The notes: a model not told the origin generated them from the letters alone. Shown: positions 38,072 through 52,100, counted from the first letter of the whole stretch. The stretch is DNA of 60,656 nt, filler included, from Sphacelaria rigidula (GCA_964200075.2; 10 parts of 10 records of this genome joined end to end with filler, not necessarily neighbours in it); one strand, 5' to 3'. Program-made: numbers and translations.

Positions 38072-41000
38072 ATGGCCGGTGAGCAAAAACAACAATGTTG
38101 TACTATTGTGTTGAGCATCTTGTCGCAATGCATCGGAGTAGAGCTGCTTTCAGTGTGCTAATTTGCAGTAAGTCAGGTGGGGGCAGTTCGCCGGCTGGAC
38201 CGGGCCTGGCACTGTCCGCGCTTCACGACCAACTGTGACACGATCCGGTGTAGTACATACCCCGATGTGATGGCCCGTGGATCGCCTCAAGATAGACCGG
38301 GTTTGGAGGCACATGAGCGACTCCCGCGCGGATCTGAATGAGGCAACGACTATGGCCAGGCTGTACTGTCGTAGTACTGTATGATGCTCATGTACTGTTA
38401 CACCATCTGTCGGCGTCGATTCACACCCGGATACTCAAGAGTAGGGCTTACTTGATACAGAGGCGAGTTTGCGCGAGTTCGTCGTGAAATCATGGTTGAC
38501 CCATTCTGAATGTAACCCTAACCCCAACCCCAACCCCAACGCAAGGCATACCGAGAACCCTCGGGTAAGAGGTATGCACAGAGCACCCTAACGTGCGTCG
38601 ACAGAGCTCAACTCGACACCGTATGCACCCGATTTGAGCAAAAACGCAGGCTGCCCACGATGAGGGCACTCGGGACTGTCAGCTCTTCGAAGATCCGTAT
38701 GAGATCGTTCAACACTACCACCTGTATCAAGTGTGTTTCGACCGTGTTGAGCTGAGGACGAACTCGCGTAAACTCTACTGTCCGTGGGAGTTTTTCATTA
38801 TCTCAAAGCTCAATCGCGATGCACAGGGGAACTGTGTTCTTGCTCACCTAACTTTGTCGGGTGGAAAAGCGACGATTGCGTCGGCCGAAGATCGTGTTAT
38901 CGGAAATATCTCGTGATCTCGTGTCGCTGGGGTTCTTCGGCGTGGCAGGGTCTGCAACAACAAAAAACGAGTTTAAAAACTCACGTTTCAAGACCGGTAC
39001 CGTAGGGGATATACGGGATATGTCACATGAGGCTGTAAGAAATCCAATCGCCTCCGTTCTATCAATTGCGGTGGCCACCGCGCCGAATATGTTGGCGTTG
39101 AAAATAAAGTGTTCGTCGAGATGTCACAGTAAACGGAATTTTGTGGCAGTCGGTGCCACGCCTTGTTTCAAGGACAAAATCGAGCTTGGGTTTGTGATCG
39201 ACCCGGGCTATATATTCCCCGTAGCCTAACCTACGTTATATTCTGCGTATTTCTCAGCTTAGTGGCATCGCCCCAGTGAGTGCGAGGTATTTCAGGATGT
39301 TCTAGTGCAGGCATTGGTGCACATGACCAATTCACAAAAATCCTCGAGTGGCATAAGTGCATGTACTGTCAAGAATAGTATATGTCTTCGTACTCACAAG
39401 AGGCCGAGACCGTTCTACGACTTTGGCTCCGCGGGTCCTGGCCAATGTGCCCCTCTGTCTGAGGGCAAACAACCGAGCTTATCGATATTTTTGGCGGAAT
39501 CCGCCCCGACTCGGGCAGGTAGCTCATGCTGATTTCGAGGTACAGGTCATCATGGAGGACGAGAGTGATGTCATGACCCTACTCCACAGTTACGCCTTGG
39601 AGCATGAGGAGAGTGAGGTTTAAGTCTACAGAGAGTGCGGTTGCTCACGGTGAATGTTTGCGCGTGCTGCTGTTGATGGAAGTGCGTTACGACTGGTCAC
39701 GATACGTATTATTGGATCTTTGTGGGCCGGCCTCCCGGCTTCGGTAGCACATCATGATCTCCATACCCCGCGACTTCAAGTATGACTCGAGCCCTCAGCT
39801 AAGGCCTTCCATTCTAACTCCCGAAAGATCGCAACTGTCGCGACAGGGAAAATCGTCAGCGGGAAGTCGAGTCAAGAATACACTTGGAAGATTGAGTGAG
39901 CTGCAGGAAAATCTCGCTATGGGTGTCGAGCAATTGCACACGAGCTGTGCGCCATCAGCGCACTGCTTGCAACGAAACCTGGCACACAACAATATCACAA
40001 AGAACTTTTGACGTGGTTTGATTCGATTTTTCGGCAACCAGCGACCGATGTTGTGGGATCTGTACAGCACCGGATTGAGCTGTCCAAGATGCACACCACG
40101 AACGCCTTGAAATACCGGTAGGGGGGAAGACAAAAGCTATAGTATAATAGCGAGTTGTCAGTATTTACTTGACACTGCCCATGGTACTTGAAGGGTGGTG
40201 GTGAACACTTTTTGGTCATGTTTGAAAAAAAATAGGATGTTCTGTTGTAGTGCCGTAGCTGTTCAAATCACAAATAGATGTTGTGTAACCATCGATCGCT
40301 GTGTCGGTGTCAATGCTCCGCATCTCATGTTGCATACCCGTCGCCGGTCCGGGTACAACCAATAAAATGCAGCCGCCGGCGTACCGATCAAGCTCTTGCA
40401 CGAGGGGGAAGGGCACGGAGTCACCGTGGAGATGAGGAACGGGGAAATATACAGGGGGCACTTGAACGATGCAGAGGACACCATGAATTGTTTCATGACC
40501 GGCGGTGAGTGAGCGTATCTCGCACGTTTTTGGTAGGTCTTGTGGAATAGAGGGCTCCTACACGAGAGGAGTCACCGTGTGTTGTGTTGCTCTCTTTCGG
40601 TGCCTTATCCGACAGTACTGATTCGTGGCGTTGGAAAGAAGTACAGTCTGTACTTATCCGCATATGTGACGTATCGTCCCGCTTGAAAGGACTAGTGCAT
40701 TTGGCCCGAACTCGAAATCTTACTTGTGGCGAGGGACTCAGCTGAAGTTCTTGGCCGATAATTTATTTATGTTTCCCATGAGCACGACATGTAAATTCTG
40801 TGGTTTGTTGTTGTTGTTTTATTGCAGACCGGTCCCGCCAGCGAACCCCCTCTCGACCTCTCGCGGGAGACACATTCGATATCATGCAGTTGAACCGATC
40901 AAACAAGATAATTATATTTATTCTGTTCATAGTACATACTGGTGAAAGTGCGCGCAAACGGCGGTACGTTGCTGCTGATGAAGTACCTATGGCCGGGGAG

Positions 41001-41975
41001 ACACCGTTATCCCACACGTTCGTTCTATAAAAACACCTGACAAATCAGCGTAGATTTCATGGCATTACCCGCCAATTTCGCTGCCGTCAAAATTTTTTGC
41101 GAGATCACGGCGTTGCCCGTCAATTGTGAGGATACCCAAGAACACAACGTGGCAAAGCCTTCCCCGCATCATCTCCAGTTGGTAGATGAAATCCTTCGAG
41201 GAACGCCCACAGATGGACAACTTTGTCGATCAGTCAACCATCAGGCAAACATGACACCGATTCAACAGATAGGCACCGTGGGCATATCCGGTTTCATATC
41301 ACATTGTGCAGTGGTGGATGTCATCCGGCATCCCGGTACAGGCGTACATGTACACGGTCGATAACTTGGAGCCGGAGCGCCAAACGATTGCCCCTTCGCT
41401 TGTATTCAACCCGCCACCGCGTCGTTATCTCGGGTGTTGATACTTGACCATCCTAAATTCATCCTTCACCTGCGTCGGGTCTTGAGGTACCAGACGTGTA
41501 AAAAAAGGCAATACGGAAGGAAGTATCATGGCCATGTCTCATTATCCGCCGCGACATTCTTTTGGGGGGGTGTCAGCGCTCCCTCAATCGTCTCATTCTG
41601 CACACCGTACGGATGCTGGTATCTCAGGTGCTGATATGACAAATCAAACCAACAAGCAATCAAGCAACCGAAGCAACCCGTCGGCCAATCGAGCAACCTT
41701 TTTAATTCGGTCTCCGCTCTTGTGTTCGATGTTGCTGAATATCGTGTTCGACATTTATACTTCCCTGCACAGTGACAATGACAGCGAGGGACGGGCGAGT
41801 GAGCAAGCTGGAGCAGGTATACTTGCGCGGTAGCCATATCAAGCTAATTGTCCTCCCAGATGTGCTGAAAAATGCACCTGTGTTCAAGCCCGTACAGAAG
41901 ATGAAGAGCAAGGCGGAGGAATCGGGTGGCGGGCGAGGGGGGGGAGGGAAGAAGTCAAAGAAACCTCAAGCATAG
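38072..41975 (+). CDS. SNRPD3: Small nuclear ribonucleoprotein Sm D3, complete: join(38072..38078, 40373..40504, 41773..41975), 113 aa
   Basis: [85 protein letters not shown]... has the Sm1/Sm2 motifs typical of SmD3. Both introns are phase 1 GT-AG. The 7-nt first coding exon (ATGGCCG|gtgagc) is inferred. Confidence 0.93.
38513..38650 (+). repeat. Telomere-like-headed dispersed repeat, in SmD3 intron 1
   Basis: TAACCCTAACCCCAACCCCAACCCCAAC followed by the core shared with 11258-11402. Confidence 0.75.
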
Positions 41976-42321
41976 CAAACGCCCTAGCAGGCTAATAGCA
42001 CCAAGCAGGGCAGAGGGCAGGGCAGTAGTCTACGGGTTTTCCATTTGTGTGTGTGTGTTGTGTATGTGAAAGCTCTTGTTCGAAGAGTGCTGTAATGCAA
42101 TACTTGTGTTTTTTTTTGGAGATTGAGATGATTTTAGCTGCAAAATGTTCAAGTCAAGAACACGTCAGGTGGTCGAGCGCTCAACCAGAAATGTCGTTTT
42201 GAGACCGTGATCCAGAGGGGAGTTTTGGCGCTTGTGCCCACGTACATGTGTTCCAGGAGCACATGGAAACGTGGTCGGTTACGCGCATTCTTCCGCGTGG
42301 TTTGTTTTCTGTTGTTCCTGT

Positions 42322-42431
42322 CTGTGTTGTGTGTGTTGTCCCATTTATTCTGGGCACCAGTTTACACCTTTCGGTATAAGTGGGCGCATCAGCCGGGGTC
42401 ACGCAGAAGGAAGGTCAACACAGGAGCTTTT
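42322..42431 (-). mobile_element. 3' fragment of tRNA-derived SINE at contig end
   Basis: Homologous to 4924-5025 and the SINE 3' ends. Confidence 0.7.
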
Positions 42432-42579
42432 NNNNNNNNNNNNNNNNNNNNNNNNNNNNNNNNNNNNNNNNNNNNTTAATTAATTAANNNNNNNNNNNNN
42501 NNNNNNNNNNNNNNNNNNNNNNNNNNNNNNNGATGACTATGGCAAGCATGATCATGAGTACACCCCCCCCCCCCTGAGG

Positions 42580-42955
42580 ACATTTTTTCGAAAATTGTCA
42601 TGATTTTTTCCCGTCAACTTTGTTGCAAGAAATTGATCAATCAAGACTATTTTGACTTTTTTCTGTCAATTTTATTACAAGAAATTGATCAATGAACACC
42701 GACGAAAACCGAAAAGGCTGGTGGGCTTCGCGGGGTTTGTATATCTACTTCTCCTCCTTGCCCGCTCTGTCCCGATGACCTCAGATGCCGGACAGCATTT
42801 TTTCGAAAATTCTCCTGATTTTGTTTTCTTTCGTCAGTTTTGTTGCAAGAAATTGATCAATAAATACTGACAAAAACCGAAAAGTCTTGTAGTGAGCTTT
42901 GCGGGGTTTATATATTTGCTCCTGCTCCTTGCCCGCTCTGTCCCGATGGCCTCAG
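42580..42955 (+). repeat. Tandem duplication, ~170-215 bp period
   Basis: CATTTTTTCGAAAATT, CAAGAAATTGATCAAT, AAAACCGAAAAG and CTCCTTGCCCGCTCTGTCCCGATG.CCTCAG each recur. Confidence 0.8.
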
Positions 42956-43484
42956 GTCTCCATGTCAAGGATTTCTGTCCACGGCAGCTGACCGCATCCG
43001 CCAACGCTTCGGCAATAAACCAGGGGACGGATGGCTGGGTTCCCCCCCCCTCCCCCGTCCTCTCAAAAACTCAAATTTTCAATCTTGGGGCGTACGTGTC
43101 GACATTCGTTTTTACGCTGCTCACTGATAAATAGAATGCGATTCTCGAGAAAGACTACTTCAATGTTGCGGCTCCACCGAATTTTCAGTCGGAAGACCTT
43201 CCTCAATCCTCTTCGTGTCCGGGAGTTGGTTCCGCGAGACATGAAGCTGAGCGACTGTGGAACTGCCCCATAATAAGACAGAAGACATGCATCGGCATAC
43301 ACGACGGATTCAAATGGGCTACATCGCAGTCAAACGGGTAATAAAAAATAAAATATAAGGAGGGCCGGATGTATTGTTTCCGGATCGAAGAAGAAAAAGG
43401 TTGGGCGCCCACAGTTTAAACAGAAAGGACGCAACATGCCGTCATCATGACAAAACGATCACTGGAATGTGACATTTGTATATT

Positions 43485-43838
43485 GCCCGTCGCCCCGGTG
43501 GCTCAGTTGGTAACCTCAAAACCCTCTGACGGTTAAGTGGGTGCAGTCACACGATCTAGTATTTTCCCCACGTGATGCCCAACAATGGAGAGCGCCGATC
43601 TGTGTCGTATATACACAACATTCGACTTTACGGTCGATGAGGGAAAGGGACTGCTCCAGAACCACTCTCGCGATAAAAAAATAAGGCAAAGCACCGCAGA
43701 AGAAAGGTGGAGTACTGAAACAAATAAAATAAAAAAAAGTCGTGTGTTGGCCTTCCTCCTGTGTGACGCCCGGCTGATGCGCCCACATATAACGAAAGGT
43801 GTAGACTAGCGTCCAGAGTAGGTGGCATGACACACACG
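43485..43838 (+). mobile_element. tRNA-derived SINE (box A intact, box B region deleted)
   Basis: TGGCTCAGTTGG box A at ~43499; colinear with 59947-60303; CA-rich tail. Confidence 0.72.
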
Positions 43839-46800
43839 CGTATCATGTCATGAATCTCGGCTGACCCCAGTGTGCAGAACGAAAGTCTGCATTATGTGCA
43901 ATCGCGTGTAGCTCGGACAAAAAAACAACACACGCAAGTAATAATATTAACGGTCTGACACGTACATCCAGTTTGGCAAGATTCCAAGTTAAAGAATAGG
44001 ACCACAGAGCGAAACGCCGCCTTTATCTCCAACCATTGTGGTCAACTAGGTTGTTCATTCGGTGCTCTTCGTTTTTTTTTGCACGTTTGCCATGACATGG
44101 CGAGTGAGGAAAGAAGAATGAATAAAAATTTACGACATGAGTTCGCGGGATCCCGTTCGATCTCTCGAGTTTATTACATGCACACCGTTCACGTAACTAG
44201 TCACCTACATCGTTTTTCATGCCCCAGCTTTTACTCTCGCTCTCCCCTCGCCGCCCTCCGTTGTGCCCTTGTACTTATAAGCGTCACTAGTTACTGCCTA
44301 CTTGGCTTCACTTTTCACTCCGGCTCACCCTTTTCTTCCCTTTTCCTCGCTCTTCTCCCTCTCTCTGCCCTGCTTTGTATTCTCGTACATGAAAGCTCTT
44401 CAAAATACACGGTATGGTGGTGATGAATCCGTCAAAACGGACGTGAAGGTGTCGGTGAGCGACGCTGTTGTTGTTGATGATATATCTCGTAACTTCGACA
44501 TGCAAACTCTGAACCGCTACACCAGTTTTGCTGTCGCAGAGAGACACGCACAAATTACCGTGTGCATACACGATGTGCCCCGAGCAGACGCCCCCTCTCT
44601 TCTCTCGCCCCCCCCCCCCCCACTCTTTCAAGCAAAAGCAACATCCACACACACCCTGACAAACGCCTGCACAATCGAACCTACTGAAAACCAGGCACAC
44701 AAATAGTGTATACTGTATAGAAAAATATATGTCCCCCTATCATGCCTGAAAGTCCCCCCGCTCAACAAGTGACGTCATGACCTCGGATGGGACCATCCGA
44801 CGAACAGGGATTGTCGGCAAATTACACTCCTCCAGCACTTTTCTTAGCCCATGCGGAAAAATTGCGTGAAACTTTCCCCTTTTTTCTAATGGAGGACATG
44901 CACCACCCCTCACAATGTTAAACCACGTACGACACACTCACGCAAGACATACATTCGACGCTGCACCTGTTCTCCTCTACAGTACAGTACGCTCTTTCGT
45001 GTTCAATTTTTTTCTTTCATGTATTGTATACCCCCCTTCCTCTCAAGACACCTTGCACGCGCTCAGTCAAGCCAGGCAAGCGAAGGACAAAGAAAACGGA
45101 AAAACAAAACAAAAAGGGCGTTGATTGTCACTAGAGACAAAAAGAGTAATACCACTCACTAAAAGGCGCAACCATGTGGAGGTCAATTAACAAACTAGAA
45201 CTTTCACGAGAATCGACAGCAAAATGCAACCACAGCCACAGCCACAAATATAAATTGATGTATATCATACTCCAGTATTTTTTCTTGTTTATACTTATGG
45301 CACCTTCATTTAACCCAACATATTTTTGCTCCGTCTGCTGTACTTGTCTATCCCCCCCCCTTCCAGCAAACGAGTCAACAGCAAAAACAGCAAGCTACTA
45401 AAGCAGTGAGAAAGAACAAAATAGAACGAGACCTGTTTTCATCATTTTCCCCCGTTTCGGACGTACGTAGTACTGTATTATATGATACAAAACGACCTGC
45501 TGCAACCACCCATCAGACATCCCGGAAACATCCATGAAATAAAAGTCTTATTTCCTTATTTTAGCTCTACAGAGGTTGGCAAGGGGACAAAAAACAAGGC
45601 GAGAAACGAACAGAAAAAAAATCGTGACACCTCAAGGCACGGCCATACAAAGCATACATCCATATCATGCAACCATCTATAACGCTATTACATTAGAAAC
45701 CAGAAATTAAAACAACACACACACACTAGAGGAAAACAGTTCAACACAACCCCCCGAGAGGGGGGATTGGGGATTAAGGCGGGGGGGAGGAGGGCAGGGA
45801 GGGGTGTGATGGGGTGTGTGGGTAACCCCGTCTAAAAATAAGAAACGTGGTATCTATCAAAGGTGCACCCACTTACGACACATACATCACGACTATAGTA
45901 ATGTATTATGTCGAGCCCCCATCATGGTGGGGCCAAAATGAAACACGAGGCTGAACCGGCTAAAATGGGTCGATATTCCCGTTGAACGACTTCACAGCGG
46001 CCTGTCGAACGATGCACAGCGCGCACACACACAAACACACACACACACACACAGGTAGACAAGGTAGCGGGGAGAGGGGGGGGGGGAGGGGGGGGTCAGG
46101 TCAAGTCAGGTCAGTTACCAGATTAACGGGGGGGAAAATGGTGATACGACACACGTCCAATATATCTCTTGATCGGGGTTATCATGCATGAAAACATGCC
46201 AAGCCATGCCGTCGCTTACACTCCCACACTAACGAAAAAGCGACCGAGTTGATTTGATTGATTTTCGCACATGAAGCGGTCCTGCATAGACGTACTCAAG
46301 GTAAATAAAACTTAAACACTCGTTGAAAATAAGTGGGCGGGATACTCATTTGTTGCTCGCCTTAGTCGTTTGACCACTGACCACGCACCCCTTTCGAGAC
46401 GGAGCAGGGGGGAAAAAAAAATATAGGACAGAGTAGATCGAAATAAAAATTAGATGAACGAATAAACTAGAAACGGCCAGCCTCTGCAACATGTACAGAG
46501 AGGTTAATCCGGCAACTGAGCTTGGGCGGGCTGGAGGGAGGGGGCGGGGCGACGTAGGACGTGCGTGAACATGAACAACTGCATGCTCAGCCAAAACGTG
46601 GGCAAAGCAGTCGGTAGCTCTCTTGCTCGTTTATTCTTCCTGAAATCCAACTAGTCGTATCCTTTCCGGCGAACGTTCTAAATCACAGGCATCGGTACAA
46701 GTAAAATCAATTAACGAAGGATGACATATGTCATTCACCGACGACATGGGAGTCTCACGACGGGCTCGATCTACTTCGGACTAAAATACGGTTGATGCAA

Positions 46801-47019
46801 GGCGTCCCGTCTTCCGTCCCCACGCCATGCACATGAGCGCAAACCCCGAACGTTCGCGATTCGATGTCAATGCACGGGCACTCTTGCACTAAAGTATTCA
46901 ACATTATACTTCTTGTCGCAGTCATAAAGTTGACTTGCTAGTAATCGATCCCACTTGTCTCTCACCTACCCCACCTCTTTCCAACGCATAAACCCCCCCA
47001 CCCACCCACCCACACACAC

Positions 47020-47922
47020 CTCGTCTGCTTGGCCTGCCCGGAGCTTCACTAGGTAGGCCTCGGCCGTAGACACGAAGCGAGACAAGTCCGTCTCGGTCCA
47101 CCACGATAACAGGTACTTCTCCGACATGGGGCACTCACAGGCGGACTTTACACAGCGGATGCATGACACGTCTAGGTCGTTGCAGCGGCACGCCACACCC
47201 GTCATGAACAGAGTGTGCTTGCACGTCTTGCACATGCGCTGTTGTTTGTTTTTTGTTATCGGGGGAGTGGAGAGTGGGGAGAGGCAAGGGGGAGGGGGGG
47301 CAGGGACAATCACGCTTCGAGTTTCGTTGTTGTAATGGTGGTGAAGGGGGTCACGGAATGGAGACACCAGTGCGGGCGTTACGAATTAAGGAGAGAGGGG
47401 CAATATGTTGATGACGTCACGGCAGGTGTGAATCAGGCGGAACTCAACATGGCCGGTCGTCGCCGTAAAGCCCAAATCTTGGAACATCTGGGACGCTGCT
47501 CCGGAGCAGCGGCGCACGCACGTGTGGCTGCGTGTTGGTACTTCACAGAAGCTATCACGGTAAATTTTAACGTATTCGAGGATCATTCCCCATAACATAC
47601 AAACATACGAGCAGGAAACACAAAGTAAAACAGAACAGAAACATCAACACCAATATCAACGACGACAATAGCAGCAACAACCTTACGAAATTGAATCTTC
47701 GAAAAAGAAAACAGAAAAGACGAGACGAAGAGACCGGACCGGACCGACTCACTCACCCGTTCGTCATACTCTTCCGTGTCTTGGTCGATGAGACCCAGCT
47801 TAAACCTTGGCAGCTGCAAGCCGGACTTGGATGGATCTTGAGCCCCTTGAAGCTCCAGCGAGCGACGGCCATTAAGCTCCTCGTGCTGCAGGCGCTTCAG
47901 CTCGCGCACCACCAGCTCGCAC
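47020..47922 (-). CDS. KDM5/JARID1-type JmjC histone demethylase, internal exons encoding the zf-C5HC2 region: 47922-47757 and 47238-47020 (partial)
   Basis: CELVVRELKRLQHEELNGRRSL...DTEEYDER|RMCKTCKHTLFMTGVACRCNDLDVSCIRCVKSACECPMSEKYLLSWWTETDL is the post-JmjC helix plus C5HC2 finger spacing. The GT-AG join is phase 0. The JmjC domain itself is not in the window. Confidence 0.8.
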
Positions 47923-48269
47923 CTGCGTCACGAAAAACCCCCAAGGCATTGAACAACCACGTGCGCCCGAGAAAGAAACTAAGCCAAGACCGAACGACAG
48001 GCTGACCTACCGAAATAGGGTAAGGAGGGGGGGCGAGGGGCATACTCATTTGTTGTTCGACTTCGTCGCTTGCCCATTGACCACGGATCCCTTTCGAGAC
48101 GGAGCACCGTCAAATAAGGTGAGGGGGAGGGGGGAGAAGCCACACAGTCATCTACTGGGGACTGCTGTTCACATTTTCGGCTTCTTTTAATGTACTAGAG
48201 TTTCAAAACCGCCAGCACTCCAGCACTTGTACATATGAAGGATCCATATATACTCGAAAAGGTTCCACA

Positions 48270-48506
48270 GGCACCGTAGGTAAGGTGGGTACCCGGTACC
48301 GGTGTTTAGGACATCTCATACCCTACCGATACCGACCAAATCCGGTATTTAGAAATCTCATACCTACGATACCTACGACACCAGGGTATTTCGAGATTTG
48401 AACACCTACCCTACCCGCCCAATCCGGTATTTTCAAATGCCATACCTACGATACCTACGATACCAGCGTGTTCCTCGCTGTCGGCACCTACCCTGCCCGC
48501 CTAATC
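48270..48506 (+). mobile_element. Left end of a TIR element (GGCACCGTAGGTAAG) with an internal TACC-rich ~40/82-bp repeat array
   Basis: Alternating units ACCTACCCTACCCGCCCAATCCGGTATTT and ATACCTACGATACCTACGA. The complementary terminus and the same units occur at ~54805-54933. Confidence 0.7.
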
Positions 48507-49104
48507 NNNNNNNNNNNNNNNNNNNNNNNNNNNNNNNNNNNNNNNNNNNNTTAATTAATTAANNNNNNNNNNNNNNNNNNNNNNNNNNNNNNNNNNNNNN
48601 NNNNNNGTGTAGCAGTCCGAAATCAGCTGTAACGCTCAAATGAGTCGCGTCGTGCTGCACGAAACCAGCTCAAACGGCATTTATGATCATCGTCTCCGTG
48701 CACGGTTTTGGCTGGTTTGGGGGGGGGGGCTATCTCGGCAGCAGTCAGACGACCCAAGACGCTCGCGGTGCAGTAGTTAGTTCTGGGGCAAAAGCTGAGC
48801 AAAGCAGTATGAGCGAGTGTTATTTATCTAGGACAGGCGTGTTGGAACAACCGCTGCTGCTACCGACGACAATTTCAAGTACACTATCATACCAAAAAAA
48901 TAAGGGCCAAAATCCCCCTTACCACCACCCCCGCCCACCCCCCCCCCCCCCCCCCCCCCCTCTGCACCCCCNNNNNNNNNNAAACTTTTCCATAACCATA
49001 CATTCACACAAAAAAAACAGCCACATCACGCCACCCCCCCCCCCCCCCCCCCCCCCCCGCTGTCCTACCGTTGCATTATCCTCTCCACTATCGATTCCAC
49101 GCAA

Positions 49105-52100
49105 GCGCAGACTCGCACGAACTATGGCGTTACTTATTCACCTCGATGCACCGCGGCGTTCAGCACGAAGTGCACGACACTTACGTGGCAGAGGCGACTC
49201 GTCTCGGAGCGGCAGCCGTTAGAATGGCCTATTTTTATCTCACGCTGCGGAAACACCGCCCACACTACAAGATGCGCTCCGGATGCTCGTTTGTGAAGTG
49301 TCATAGCTGCACGCTTCTCCACGACACCCTGAATGGGACAACAGGTGTGAGGGTAACGGCAGACCCCGACACGATGAAGAAGGCCGCAGCGGGGCAAGCT
49401 GAGCATGTGAAGGTGAGAATATCGTGAGCTCATTCTGTATGTAGCGTTCCCACGACAATAAAATGCCGCGAGTAGGCTACGACAGCCCAACCCCCAGAAG
49501 TCATGAGGAGACTCTGGTCTCGTACTCTTGTTGAATAACTTAGTGTTTGTTCAACCGCGAGAAGGACGCACATTGATGCACACAACGACAACTAAATTGC
49601 GCAGTTTTCTGCACCTGGCTGTGCCTCTGGTACGCCGAGGTAGATTCTTCATTTCTCGGCTGTAAACAATCTGTCATCATCACCTCCTATTCATGTATTT
49701 TTAGCATGCATCTTCGCCACCCTCGGCTTGTTCAGGACTCAAGGCCTTTTGTCATCGTACAGTTGCGCCAGTAGGGCGTGGATTTGGACGCCTCGATCGT
49801 CGTGTCCCTCCCCTCGCCCAGCACCATTTCATCATCTTCTGAGGGCACGCTATCCCGCGAGTAGAGTGCCTCATTCGAGCCGCTGGCGGCAGACAGGTCT
49901 TCACGGGCCTAAGCACGCGTATTTGTTGAGGTGTCGTGATCGGGAAGTAAGCTTAACCAATTCCGCAGAGCCTAGTGCACTACCAGCCGCCCCTGAAAAA
50001 GCCGCACGTCGACGTCCCGCCGCTCCTTCAGGTGTTGACGGCAGACCGACAGCGATTGGCCACCATCAGCTCCGGTGCCATTCGAGCAAAGGCCAACATG
50101 GAACCACTGAAGCATGTGTTCATGCAAGCGGACGCGGCAGCCCAAACGGCATTCGCGTTACCGATGTGTTCGCCGTTGACACACGGCACAGACAGGTGAG
50201 AGAGCGGTTATCGCGGCAGCACGGGTAACGAAGCATGCATCCCCCCCCCTCCCTTTGTAATTCAGTCCGATGCGATGGTGTTTCCCTGCATATCTTCAGG
50301 TCGTATGCGTGTGTTGTACATCATTCTGTCATTGTCTGCGCCCCCCCTCGCTTAAAATTTTCCCTCGCTTTTCTTCGGCCCCTAGAATCAGACAATTCCT
50401 TCTACCTTCATTCTCTGCCCCTCATCTCGAAAACCACAAGGGCACCACACAGTATTTTGCGTTTCCCACACCTGCATATACGTTTCGGCGGTGCGGTTGA
50501 CATATAAATGTAGTGTTTCGGGCTTGCACCTACACCGCGGGTCACAACACGATTCATCCACAGGAACGTACATATCTTGAGTATCAGCCACTCCATACCG
50601 TTGGAGGCGTTTCTCCTTCGCTCAGTAAAAAAACGGTTCCTCCCCTTAATGTGATAAGCGATGCCGCGATAGGGATGCACAAACACGCAAAACAGTTATG
50701 GCAGTTCGTGGAATTCTTTCTGTCTCCCCTCACAATCGGAGGAGGTGAGTCCCTGCTCTCCCACGCGATGTGCGCGCACACACGGCATTCGTGAGCCAGA
50801 CACCGCCCGCGATGACTTGCGCACCGCGGGGGACCCAAGCCACTCGGCTATCTTGCTTTCTTATCCGAGCAATCTACTCGGGAGGCCTTTTCGTATCCCG
50901 ACCGAGAGTAACAGAGGAGTTGTTACGGCATTCGTCGTAGCCAGCAACCCCCGAGAATACTGACATTCGCACCCTGACGCCGTCGTTGCTCGCCGCTGTG
51001 CCGGGAGCAGTGTTATTTGCACTTCAATACACCTCGCGCTTACCCGATTATTCGACTTGCACTGCACCGGCGACATACCAGCTTCCATCGATGAGCTGTA
51101 TCTGCAACCCGACAATAGTGTGGGGGAAAATAAAAATCACATCGTGCTGGGATACCTCGGATGTCTTGTGGCCCGTGGGACAATCGGCCGCGCGGAGATT
51201 AATTTCATGATAGTGGGACATACCCACATCATGATAGACCAGGTCTTTTCGAGATGCGTCGGGATTATCCTTGCAGCCAACAGTGACGAGTGGAGGAAAT
51301 CATGTAGCTTTGTGTCACGGGAAAAAATGGTCGTTCCTTATACGAACCGTAGTAAATCCCACCAAGGCGTTGGTTTTATCCAGTACACGAACGGGCCCAC
51401 CCATCAAAAGACCCGCTGATAGTTACATCATCTACCCGCGACCCCGCTGTTCCTCCCCGGGACCACGTCAAACTATATTGCCCGGGTGGCCACTGGGGTC
51501 TGTAACCTGGCCATTTTGGGACCTTATCCACCTTTGGTAAGGTCCGCGGATTGGGTAGACAACTGAAGAGCATTCGCACAGCATGGACAGGATCGAAACA
51601 AAACATGTCCCAGTCTATAGGCGGGTGATTCCCCTGTAGACTGGAACATGCTTTGTTTCGAACCCGTCCATGCTGTGCGAATGCCCTTCAGTTGTCCACC
51701 TAATCCGCGGACCTTACCAAATGTGGATAAGGTCCCAAAATGGCCCGGTTACAGACCCCAGTGGCCACCCGTGTGTAATTTATCCGCGAATACGATGGGG
51801 GGCATGGAGACACCATCCCCGCCGCACTGGAAGGGATAAACGAAATCGTTCGCCTTCAACTGTAATACTGCAGGCGTGATACCGCACCCATCACTCAATA
51901 CTCCAGCCATATTTTGGTATAATTTTTTCGTTCATGTTGTCGTATTTGTTTCAGACGAGATCTCTCAATGCACGAGTACCTCTGCTGTTGTTGACACGGA
52001 TCGCACAAGTCATGCGTTGCCTCCACAGATGCGGTGGGCAAAACCCCAAGAGCAGATGAAATACCGCCTCCGGAAACGATGTTCCACTCCGACACGGTGT

